Origin: Tubulanus polymorphus
Taxonomy: Eukaryota; Animalia; Nemertea
Assembly: GCF_964204645.1 (NCBI RefSeq)
Contig: NC_134025.1
Location: 7,874,001 to 7,938,000 of the forward strand
Direction of reading: 5' to 3'
DNA length: 64,000 bases
Below are positions 1-12,315 of the stretch, one piece after another (position 1 is the stretch's first letter; every line of letters begins with the position of its first letter). Under the pieces are notes generated by a model. That model was not told the DNA's origin, did no database searches, and was given only the letters and a program-made list of their open reading frames with translations. A program made the translations under genes and the position numbers.

Positions 1-1363
1 ACGAGATGTTCTTCCTAACAAAGCAATAAATACTGAATAATTGGTGTTCGCATAACTTACTTTCAACTAGAATATATTCCCGGAAAAATAGTATATAAGT
101 TTCTTTAGCAACAATGAATGTTTTTACTTATCACTTCAGTCCTCCGTTGCCCACAATCGCTCAAGGCAGAACTTCAACGTTAAACGGTCAATATTCGATA
201 CCGCGTTCACCATGGTTATAAATCATACGTGACTATGTAATTCAGAATACGCATCCTATGACGATAGCATCCAAGTGAATTTCTAATCATGAGGTAAAAT
301 GAAACTGCGTAATCCACAAGCCATTGTACATCATCGACGCTATTGAAATAGAACTTCGAAAAGGCACTGATACGATGATCGTTTGAGTCTAACAAAGAAA
401 TTTTCAACTGCAACATTATGAATACGTTCAAATATATAAATCAGTGATGTTTTTCTTTTATACTACCAGTATATTCATTCAGGTTACGATATGTTGAGTA
501 TGTCCAGATCTAATAGTTTGTTTCTACCGGTGCATTCTAAGCTTTCCGTCACGAAGGCATCCCGTCTTACATTTCAGATACTTTTTCTTCTTTTGTGATA
601 TTTATATTTTCGATTGTTTGTCTGAGAAAATTTCACTATACCGGGGAATTCTGAGTTATGCATTTTCAGGCGGAAAGCCGCTACAATTTTGCGGTGACAT
701 GGTTTCGTAATGATTTTTTATCATCGGTATAATGGAATGAAGGATGACGTGAATGGATGTTGCCAGATTCAGCCACATACGAATCAGCCAACTTTTTTCG
801 AACATTTTCTATCTTCAATTCCTCACAGGCCTGGCTAGAAATCAACGGATTTGGTGAGGTCTTTCATGTGGCCATCATGTTGTTTTACTTGCTTGCTTGT
901 GTAAGTTATTTGAATCTCTTTTTTATCAATTTCATTCATCGATTGTTGACTGCAATTTCCCAAAAGCTTCGCTGACAAAATGTTTTAAAGTCCACTCCAG
1001 AAGTCTAGTATCCGCCATGCTGTTAATCTAGTTGAGCCATATGCAATACCAGAAAAACCATGTAAATAATCAAAATTCTTGTCTTTCACTTTTCCATTTT
1101 ATTTCTTAATTTCATCAATATTTATGTGATGCGTATGCCATTTCCATGTTGAATAAAAGGAAGAAATTTGACAGTAGATAAAAACATTCTGAACCGTTAG
1201 GGGTCGAGCTGTAAGACATAAATCTTTTGCTCCGTCACAATTAGTCCTTTAAAAGCCAGCATGGAATACGACTTCCCTTTGAAGCTTATTAGACAGTTAG
1301 TTGTTTGATTCGGATTTGCAGTTTTTCGAGATTGGTAGTTAAGAGCAATACGCACAGTCGTCA

Positions 1364-2557
1364 CTACGCAGTTTTACGGAAAATCACTTTAGTTGTTAGT
1401 TCCTTTGATGGTATTGATATAGTCTGGAAAAAATAACTGAAAACTTAACGAAATATTCAATCACAACAGATCGTCGGGTGAATTGAATTTCAATTATCAC
1501 GCTTTAGCTTTTATTGTTATTGGAATTCGTGTAGAACTCTGGGGCCAAATCTTGGAACCTTTCGCAAAATACTTACACAGAGTAAAGTGTCTCCTTTCGG
1601 TTGACGAATGCTGATAGCTTCGACTCCATCTACCACCGTTTTTTCAAGCATAGCGTCATTTTCCCATACCATGCTGACCTGGAAGAGTAGCAATGATGTA
1701 AATACTATATAGATAACTTGGATCAGTTTACTTAAAGAAAATGATACAAATGAAAATGACCACAGGGCTACATGAAATTGCAATAGATTTTCAATTTCAA
1801 TCTAATGAGGTAGCTCAGTGGTTCATATCTCAAGAAGTACTCGAGACATTTAGGGTAGAAACGACTGTTACACAGCATATTCGTGTGTATACTCATTCAT
1901 GAAAGTCTGAATCATTATGAGGGAGAACGAGGCAGGAACGTGAAAATAACATACATATTCACGTAGACTTCCATAGATCCACTTGAGATTGTTTACGTCC
2001 TCAAAAACCTACTATTTTGATTGATTATTTCATCATAATAACAGTTAAATTAGGATTGAATCATTTTTCAATATTCTTGAATAAATAGATAGACATTATG
2101 CATGAAGTACCTTAGCCTTTCTTTGATCCAAAGTTGTTATTTCAATCTCCTCGCCAAGTTTGGCTTCAGCCTCGCGAACTACTTTGCCATTAGCCCCATC
2201 CACTACTACTTTCCACGTGTCCCCGTTCTTCGAGTATGTCATTCGCGGTTTCATAGATATCATCATTTTTTGAAATTCCTTGGGCGTCCCTGCATTATTG
2301 AATTGAAAAAAGTAGTAATCTAAATAGCAACGATTACATCACCCATACACATCATACATCATAGAAACCAAGTTAAGCATCAGCAGAGAACGAAAATTTC
2401 GAGAAAGCAAACTGTTCGTAATTTCGAATCAAGATTTTGAAATTGAAGTTATTTTCATGTGAACAAAAATAAACTCACCCATGGCGTCCATTACTTTTCC
2501 TTGATTTTCATCGATGGAAGTCGGATCTACTTCCCATGTTCCAAGGATTGCTTCCAT
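1364..2557 (-). CDS. FABP: Fatty acid-binding protein / intracellular lipid-binding protein (139 aa, 4 exons)
   Basis: Minus-strand exons 2557-2479, 2289-2111, 1678-1577 and 1423-1364, with GT-AG introns in phases 1,0,0 (the canonical FABP structure, 102-nt exon 3). Translation: MEAILGTWEVDPTSIDENQGKVMDAMGTPKEFQKMMISMKPRMTYSKNGDTWKV...KLGEEIEITTLDQRKAKVSMVWENDAMLEKTVVDGVEAISIRQPKGDTLLCTISIPSKELTTKVIFRKTA*. Contains the GTW motif and the KLGEE/TxDxRK FABP signatures. Confidence 0.92.
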
Positions 2558-3339
2558 ATTGTTCGTATATACGCTCCTATCTATCCGCAAGAGAATGTGA
2601 TGTGTGCGACTGTTCGTATATGTACGATTTCAGACACTGGCCGAAGCAAACAGAACCGCAACCCAGACAGGTAATGGGCGTGAAGCGCAGTGCAAATGGT
2701 TATAATAGCCCTTAGCCGCAATTCACATGGCACTTCATCATTACTTCGCGGTTGTGCATGATGGAATTTAACTGTCTACGCCGGGTCAACTTCGGTACTT
2801 CCATTAACGAATTGAGTCATTCCTATAATTAATTTAAAAAAATCGACAGACCAGAAAGGACCCGCTCCTATTAAACATACTTGCACTTATTTGCCGCTTT
2901 GAAGCGCATCGTGCACCAATCGGCCGATTAGTAACGATTATTACACATTTTCTGGTTAACTTTATTTCATAAGCGGACGCTGCGAGAACTAATAGGTCTA
3001 GCCATGATGAGAAAAACGATATAATTATTTGCACAAAATGAGGTTTGTTACGAATCGGAAATGAATGTGATTCGAGTGGCGCGAATCGACCGCAATACTT
3101 TGGCCGCGCGGTTGTTCCCGAAAAATATTTCCATAAATAAACAGTGCCGTTGTCTGCATCACCGGAAATAGAAGAAATGACAAATGAATGCTTACGCGTA
3201 ATAGAAAGGACGTGAAGCGATAGATTAGTGACAGAAACTAAAATCGAGGAACGGTTGATAGAACGGACTGATCATAGACGAACTAAGCAAAAAGTGGATT
3301 AGAAACTAGGTCAGAAAACCCGGACTAGATGATCTTACT

Positions 3340-3836
3340 GGACATTGGACACCTTGAAATGACCACAAAACAACCTAAACCGTAAAGCCTCAAAAATATA
3401 CACATCTGCCTTGTCCAGGCTAAGCGCTCATCCGCCACTTATTGAGAGGGGTAGACATAGACAAATTACCCAAAGAGGATTTTGTAATGTGCCCTAGCTG
3501 ATGGAAAAATCGGTTGGATGAACTCTTCAACGATATTAGTAAAATATTCCCCGTCATTAGAAGCCTTGACAAAGACGACCAATTTGAACTACTGCTTTAT
3601 TCCCATTTATTAGCCAAAATGTTGGCCAATTTGTAGACGAAGGGTTTAAAGCACATCCACCATCATTACCAAGATTAAATTTGATTTAGCTACATTAAAA
3701 TGTTAATTTTCTCTTTGATTGTTATTCTATGTAAAATATTTATTCATCACCTTTTTTCCTACGTACACATTCTGTATCATCCACAATCGTGCAAGACTTT
3801 GTGGTGAATAAATATTGAATTAAATTGAATTGAATT
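3340..3836 (+). mobile_element. Degenerate 3' fragment of a non-LTR retrotransposon (CR1/L2-group-like)
   Basis: Plus-strand translation near 3405-3495, SALSRLSAHPPLIERGRHRQITQRGFCN, resembles the LINE ORF2 C-terminal 'RLSSHxLxIExGR...R.C..C' motif. The segment ends in AATAAA followed by (TTGAA)n-type tail repeats at about 3807-3836. The 5' boundary is approximate. Confidence 0.55.
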
Positions 3837-6800
3837 TATTCTCAGAATTGAAGAACTAATTGTAGTATTGTATGTGGGAGCAAGTTACTAATATTGTATC
3901 AGATTCGTATACGAAACGTGGCACCATCGTACTGACGAGTTCTTGCGTATAGAATTAATCCAATGGAGATGAAGAGCCAAATGATTCCGGATTACTGCGA
4001 TTAGCATACAAATTGAATACCCAATGCTTAACGCTTGCAATGGTAGCGATGATAGCGACGCACATGCCATCTGTATATTGCCTTTTCCAACAACTACGTT
4101 ATAAACCAGATTATCGGAATTACCATTGACGCGACCTTTCTCTAGGCTACTTAGCAAGGTCAAGGTATTATCCTTGCCGATCTTAAAGTCACGCCGAATT
4201 ATACAATCTAATGGTAATTGAAAAAATGCTGATGCGGATGCTGCATTAGCAAAGTACAATAAAGCTACGAGCAATCATTGTTGAGATGGTTGCTCGTCCA
4301 GAATAAAGCCACGGAGTTCGAACTATTTTTTGATTCACAAACAGATAGACATATACCTTTTCCACTTTCTAATTCTTTCTAATAACCCACACGTATGTTT
4401 CGTTTGTGTGTATACATTCGATTGGCGTTTACAAAAATATGTATGTATCTAATTAATTGTAAAATGTGATATAATCACGAGTATTTTCAGAAATAATTTC
4501 AAGAACGAAAATTTCAACGAAGGATAATATTTTTTACAATCGCAATTTCGACAGTCTTATGATATCAGTATGAGCTCTCCAATCCTGCAAAAAATGTAAA
4601 ATGCAAGACATTAATTTGCACTTCAAGCGCCCGCAATAAATGCCAATACTTTGAGTGGAAGACCATCGAGAATATGTTGCAAGCATATATGTTCATAAAG
4701 ATGCAACAGGAAAGACTAGCGTGTCTGTGTTTAGAGGAGTAAAATCTATACACATTATGGATTTAGAAAGGTTAGCTATGTTTTTGATATTAATCCATTT
4801 AATTACATGATTTACCCACACAAATGGTCAAATTCATATCATGCATTCTATGTATGTATTAAGCATTGTATCCATGCTTAGTCTTGGCTGTCATCAGCCA
4901 GAAAACTAGACGGTTATTGCAGAAAAATATTTTTTTTTAAAGGAGCAATATCCTGTTGTGGCATTCAATGTATTTTCTGTTTCTTGCTACTGCCATGAGG
5001 ATATCTGTAGACTTTGAATGCCCTGCGGGTAAGCATCTGGACATGAAACCCTGGATTACTTGTAATACATGGGCGAGTGCTATTTTCAACGTGTTTTGTG
5101 ATACAAAAGAGATACGATAATAGTTTTTCGTGTATGTTAGAGTAATATCTGACAGTACCTTCAACGAACAACCGGGTTTTCAGAAGGACCCTTGCCACAC
5201 GCAGCCACTAATTGAATCGTAGCTCGCTCTATCAATGAATTGGACCTTTTAGACACGATCAAGTATTCTTCTTGTTTTCGCCAATTACAGTTAACTGTAC
5301 CGTCTGTATTAGCCGACTGTCTAATTGAGATACATTCATAGGCTTTTTACGGCTACCTGATTTATTCCAGTAGGGCGTTCTAAAAAAATATCTCCCTTGG
5401 AGAAATGATTGCGCTCCAGTGTAAGTCACGTGCCGTCGTTCCACAATTTCTGGACAAAAACCTACAGTTTCCCTACGCCGAAAGATTCATTTGGCTGTGA
5501 AACGAATTTTCATTTTGTCAAATTAGCTGATCTAGTAATTTCCCACACGGCCGTAGCGTTGAGTAGAAAATTGAACGAGAATACGAACGAGACACTGATG
5601 CGACTTTAAAAAATAGTTCGCATGCATATGAGTGACGTCTCTGAATATCCACTGAATTGCGTAACAGCAAATTCATCTGCATATCATATGGACAAGAAAA
5701 AATACATTTGACTCTAGCATATAACATATCAGATATCATCTTTGGACGCCCACTTCTGGGAATATTTCTGCGGCCGGGGTATAGTGATACATATGTAAAC
5801 TGCGTGTGTGTGTATCTGTTAAATCATTATCATTGTTTCGTGAATGTTCTTCAATTGTGGACATGTTCTATTAGCGCGAATTATTTTCTGACTAACGTAC
5901 ATGGTATTTATTAGTCCCGTCGGGTAACGAACGACTTTCCCATCAATCTATCTTTTTCTGCGAACCCGCAGCGCGCACAACTCCCCCATTACGTCTAGAA
6001 TATATACGTCCCAACATTCACATAGACAATTCATTGTCCGGCACCACGCTGTTTAAGTGGGAATTATATCTCACTGTCAGATAAACGTGTTTTTCAATAA
6101 TCATCAACCATTAATTGCTCACTTTTCTTCCTCAAATACAAAATTCTGTTTATGTTGATAAATTTTAATACGATGAATTTGAAAAAATAAATCCGAATAC
6201 AGTTAATTTGAAAAAGTGAATAAAACCCGGTTTATGTAAAGGCACCCGTCATTGCACGCTAAGATGAGGATATAATATGAATACGTGTATCATGTACTAG
6301 TAAAAAAAGGCTTACTGATGTCACAGGTTCCTGTGTAACGTTTAACCTCAGCGCAATTACAAGCAATTAGCAATAACTGCTCTAAGGTTAAACTAAGTCA
6401 TATAAATATTTGAATCGTCGTAATACATATGAAATGCTATTTAGGAACCTAAATTTGGAAATTCGTTCTCATTCTGAGTACTCAATGACTGGATAAATTC
6501 ATGCACGGATGGATATCTACAACATACGCTTATCACTATACCAGTTTAATAACTCTAAAAAAACTGTAAACTTTATCATATCGTGCGTGCCCACGTGTTC
6601 TTGGCGACTAGAGTGCATTGGCGCCACTTGCTGCTATATGAAAACTCGTAATAAACATCGCATCGCAATGTCGCATTGAACAATTCAATAAGGCCTCTCT
6701 TCATCGAAATTAAGTTCGCGGATGACAGGTATCTGATATGAATCAATTCGATGAGAGCAAGCGATTTTGGAATCTTCTTGTCGTATATGTTATATGTACG

Positions 6801-9800
6801 TATATTGTATATTCAACATAATCCAGACGTTTTCGTTATAGTGACGACAGTTCTCAATGTCAATATCGCGTTGTCGTACGAATCATTTCCCTAAATACAC
6901 GTCATATATTTAACACTACCCGTGACAACGGGCATATATTTAGACGTAATATTTTCACTAGCTTGATATGACGAGTCTGACAACTTAGTAAAAAGAAAAT
7001 AACAATCAAAACCAAGCGGGTATCACTCTTCGCCCTATATACCACAGCTGGAACAGCACAAATGGAACCTGCGTATGGTATTTGTAAACCTCAAGACTAT
7101 TGGCCTATTATCGGGCCCAATATTTTAGGAAGGGGCATTTCATGCTGAATAAAATATGCTTGTACTTGCGGAATATTTTAGCCGGGGACTCCAAGGGACA
7201 GGGAAATATTTGTTGGACAGTGTTTTGACCATTTAGTAGGTTAGATAACTTCTATTAATTGAATCAATTAACATATTCATACTGTATGAAAATAGTATAT
7301 GCATATGTGTATTTTATCTATACAAAAAACATATTCTTTCATGTGATGCGAATCTCTAGTCATCCGTAAGCGAGTCAAATAGCCTACTAACTGGTGTTAC
7401 AGCGAGTCTATTCAATGTGGACTTACAGTAACGTATGAGGGGAAATATTTGTCGATTCATTGGGGCTACGAAAAAAGCCACTGCACTTGTTCACGCAGAT
7501 ACCTATCAGGGAGCCAAAACTCACAAGGGTACATGTAACCACTTGAATCTTGGTATCAAAGTACACTGCACTAAATGATCATAGATAAAAAGATATACAG
7601 TAAGCTGCTCATTTCATATAGAGTTAGACAACCTTAACAAGATGATATGAAATAAACGTATGAACCGATTACACACCTCGAATTGCACTGGTTTTGTAAT
7701 ATGGAGTTGTTTTTTCGTCTGCAAAAAAACTATAGTAAATATTGTTCTGCAGAATGTCTATAACTGCGATCGTCAGCTATAAGTGAAGCTGAAAGATAAT
7801 CTGTATTAAGTTGTTTATTGTCCCGTGACGCATTGGAAGAACCTATTACTTACCATTATTTAAACGACCAGACCATGCATCGCAGTTATGCATACTATGC
7901 ATACAGAAAAAAGAACACAGACTCTCCTGTGGTAGATATGAAAATGACGCGAACGATAAACTGCAAATATCAAAAATGTTGAAAGAAGATTAAAGTGCCT
8001 CGGGGACCCAACCAATCCTCCAACTGGAGACCGTCTTTCAAAAAAGCCCATGCGTACGAATAAAACTGATATATCCATTTGTCATCGTGCGTCGATGATG
8101 GGCAAATTTTCATGTTTATTTCTTCTGAGATACGACGTATGAATCGGCGATTTCTTTGTGCGGTTGGTTTTATTTCGGCAACGTTGACAACATACAAATT
8201 GCCGATTTGGGATGAACGACGGCGGTAATTCGCTTCTTGAAATGCCATTCGCTGCTGAAGTAGCTTTGACAAAATTTATCGACGAATTTATCGTTTGCGT
8301 CTGAAATACTTCTACGGTGATAAATATTGGCAATTCCACGTCGAGATCAAGTCATTCGACATTTTTGCTTCGGAAATTGGAGGCTAATTCCCTAAACATT
8401 TTGATCCATTTGTTTGTACGCTTAACGTGATAGAAAAAGTTAATAGATCGCTTTACAGGAACTGTTTTTCTGGCGTTGAGTTCATTTATCACGATTTTAC
8501 ACCATTTTCGATTTTCACAATTAACTTGCACGTACTCACAATTAACATACGCATTAGTTAATGGCATTCACACAAGACCTGGGGCCTCCTTTAGGTGAGG
8601 TTTGTTATAAAATATGTCGTGAATAATGATCAATAATGTCATTCCATCTTATGTGTACGAGCGTTCCTGTGATATCAATGAACATAGCCAATAGAAATAA
8701 TTGAATGTACCCGCTAAAAATCTACCTACCACGGGTCACACCTAGGGTCCCAGGGAAATCATAGTTTTTATCAATATAATTATTATTTTTCTTAAGTGCG
8801 GAATATTTTAAATTATTGAATTGAAGAAAACCTAATTTGTTGGCAACATATTCAATAAACCTCTCTATACTAATTGTCAATGTCGAGCAAAATACTACAT
8901 TGTACATTAAAGTTACACTACACGATTTTCAAGTAGATTTATAGACACTATGATTATTTTCTGTCGGAACAAACATTCGAACTAAAATACCCTAATTCCA
9001 TCCCGCTTCAGTCGTGGCAGTCTGCGAATTTCAAAGGCGAATCGATTTTCGCCGAATTTTGCAGAGTTTGCTGCTAAGAGACGCGACGTGAATTGTCTAG
9101 TCTGTGAATAGATTCGCACGAATCAAACATTCTATAGATACCATCGCTGAATTTTTAATCGGCGATTGCCAAATGAATCCGCCCGTGTGTCACCCCTACC
9201 GAATCTTGATTCGGCGAATAAATACATACCGAATCGCATGATCGCTTGATTGGTGAAAAAAGATTCGCCGAAGAAAATCGCCTGTTAGTCTGTCACGCAA
9301 GCTTAACGTATGCAATATTGTTTAGGTAAACCATGGCGTCTAATGTGTAAAGTAAAACCACTATCGCTCCGGAAACCCAAGTTAGATTTAGCACTAAAAC
9401 ATATGTATAGTCGGAATTCTCGGTTCTTTTCCCGATGTTTCTAGAATCTATGTGTATTAACTGCGTGTGGTTTTAGAAAACCGACACTAATCGCTCGTTT
9501 TTTGAGCTGGTGTTAGAGTCACTCATTATCTTACATTCAAGTTGGGTTCAAATGCAACTCGACTTATATCGCTGTATAGGGAACCTATAATTCTCCACTT
9601 GACATGATTTTCAATTGTTATTATTGAAAGATATTCGTCACCATTCAAAAGAGACGACGTTGAAAATGTCTAAGCCATATGTACGTTTGACTGACTTGAG
9701 AGATTTTTTAGAATCATCGCTGTCTTGGTGTAGCGGAGTTCTCCCCTAGACTACAACCACTACGGTTTAATGGAGCAATAAGTACACTTCAATCGTACTT

Positions 9801-11233
9801 TTGGTAATGGCTACAGTCTTCAGTGTCGAATTCCATGTGGTGTTCTTTTCTTCACAAGGGCGTCGGATACGCATTTGATTTTCCTGGATATCTACAGGCA
9901 CTTCCGCACAACAAGAGCAACTTGAAAATGCACGGGAAGACCAATTTTGAATTGTTTGAAAATTTCGCATTGTTTGCATCCAAATGATGTATACATAGGC
10001 ATGGATTTTTAGGATCAATCGTCCGAGATATTTTCTTGACCTTTTCGGACTCAATGAATACCTGATTACACTAAAAACGATGGTTGTACATTTGAATACA
10101 AATACATACGGGTAGAAGCCTACTTTCGTATGAAAAAAAAACTATTCTACAAATAACACTATAACTAAAGCTTCTTATCATGTGTTAACTGCATATCATA
10201 TTATACACAAAAAATGTATATATATATTCGGTTAAATTTTGAGACAGATGTGATAAAAAAGTGACAGTTTTATATACAATACAGTTACTTGTGTCTGCTC
10301 TAATTCGAGAGGAGCGGCATTTTCTCGAAAAAAATCCTCTTTATTAACACAGCAGTTCTAATGGTAATATTGTTCTTCCGCCCATAGAACCTCGATCTCA
10401 ATTCCAAGTCATCGCTTATTCGGCTAATGTTTATCTAATGACGTTTTAAAAAGGGAGTTGTTGTTTTCGATTTTTTGACGCTGTAATCGCGTTACTCAAG
10501 TACGTGAGCTGTAGTGCGTCATCAATATTGGGACTATTATTTTCAAGGCGTCAATAATTCTGAGTTACCCCTAGTAGTTTTCTTGATAACTTAAATCCAC
10601 GAACTTGATATTTGATCGAGGGAAAATGACAACATATTGATACAAATGGCGTTGCCAATCGAAAATTTTGACTCCTCACCCTGCCTGGTTGACTAGAATA
10701 TGTTTGTAAACGATAGGCTTATTCAACATCAAGCGTTAAAATTACTTTTATTGATGAAGGTAACCGTTATACCGACCACAATAAGTATTCTATCATCTGA
10801 AAAATTGACTACCGCCTAATCGCTGCGCGGAAATGCCCGGCATACTGTTAGATGGATGGGAGTCTTTGTTGAAGACGGAGCTAAAAGGTTGTTGTGCAGA
10901 CGTAACAATAAGTTCTTACTGGTTCGAATATCAGAGCAAAATCATTCGTCGTAAACGGTGTAATAAATGTATGATATACGAAAAACTTTTAACTTCAGTT
11001 CAGGCAGCTGATTCAGCATTTATCACAACAGGTTTTAGCGCTGTGCAGTTCACTACCGGTACTTTCATCTCGGAGATTCACGGAAAATCTAAATCATACA
11101 GGATTGGCCTTGTTGAGAAGGTTTGTTTTTATTTTCTTCGAGATTTCCAGTGAGGAGCATTAACATTGTATATAAATGTGCACCTGCGGCAGGTTGGAGG
11201 AAATCTATCAACAGATGCGAAGATACATTTCTA

Positions 11234-11253
11234 CACTGTAAAAACTAAGAACG
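11234..11253 (+). repeat. Left terminal inverted repeat (CACTG...)
   Basis: Exact reverse complement of 20955-20974. Confidence 0.95.
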
Positions 11254-11400
11254 CAGTGAACATACTGAGAACACTGAAATAAGGTGTTCCCGAACACTTT
11301 TTAATGAATTTGGAACATCATCGAGTGTTCTAAGCTGATTTAAGTGCAAAAGCTCGTTCTGATGAACGCTGAGAACGGCTATGGAACGGCAAGAACACAC
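11250..11400 (+). repeat. Left subterminal repeat region (GAAC-core motifs)
   Basis: Repeated GAACA/GAACG cores (gaacg, gaacat, gaacac, gaacac, gaacat, gaacg, gaacgg, gaacgg, gaacac), with a few inverted GTTC copies. Confidence 0.75.
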
Positions 11401-12315
11401 CGATCACTCCACTAGAGCGTACGTGACTTTTCAAAGCGTTCTAGCACGCTTCACTGCACCTCGCTGACTGTGGAGAATCATCTTTAGTAAGCTTTTGTAT
11501 TCTTGATCTTATAATATTAATCGGCATTCATTGGAAGTAATTATGTCAGATCATGTAGGCCTAAACAAACAGTGCATTTCACAGCCGGCGTAGGCCTAAT
11601 ACGCGCCACGATGCGCCATAAATGCAATGAATGAATGCGGCAGAAAATCTTTTGGCGGAGGCCTCCACCATAACTGCGAGCTAAGTGAAGCCACATTTTT
11701 TCAGACAATTATTAGCGGCCGCTGCCTTGTGAATTAAAGTTTTATACCAAAAAATATTTTCCTCGGTGACTCCGCGCTGTTAATCAGGGCAGGGATCGAA
11801 CCTATGAACTAAAGCTACAATCTCGCTCAAGAAAGTGAATTTGATTGATTTGACTTTTCTCAAGGTCGTTGAGCTTAAGCTGTCTGCTAAAAACGAACAG
11901 TCGCCAAAATTCCACATTCATTGCCTTAAGAAATTATAATTCGAGGCCTTTACGGGTATGATAGTTTACATCTCTGTAGGCCTAAATAAAAAGATAAAAG
12001 CTGCGGTGCATTTTATTGGCATGATGATATACTGAAACTGTGTTATTTTTCTTTTCAGTTTCTTTGCCGTTCAGCCATGCCCATGCAACGATATATTGCA
12101 TTCCAAGATATTACTAGTTTTACGCGCATACTGGAAATTTGCTCTTATTTGAATTTTGACGTCAGCGATGAAGTGATTGATAGCCACTTTACCATATGCT
12201 TTTTTAACATAGGACAGTGCAACCTGATCCAGAATATTTGTGCCTATTATTTGATCGAATATCAAGTCATAAATACAACATTATCGTTGTAGAATCAGTA
12301 CAGTAGAGAGTAAGT

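Noticed and set aside
9000-9305. Region rich in GGCGAAT/ATTCGCC motifs resembling a Harbinger MITE
   Set aside because: Matching termini and a TSD could not be defined with confidence.
11775-11820. B-box-like GGTTCGATCCC on the minus strand (tRNA gene?)
   Set aside because: No A-box or cloverleaf could be built.
12071-12292. Short ORFs upstream of the transposase
   Set aside because: No domain features; most likely leader sequence or uORF.
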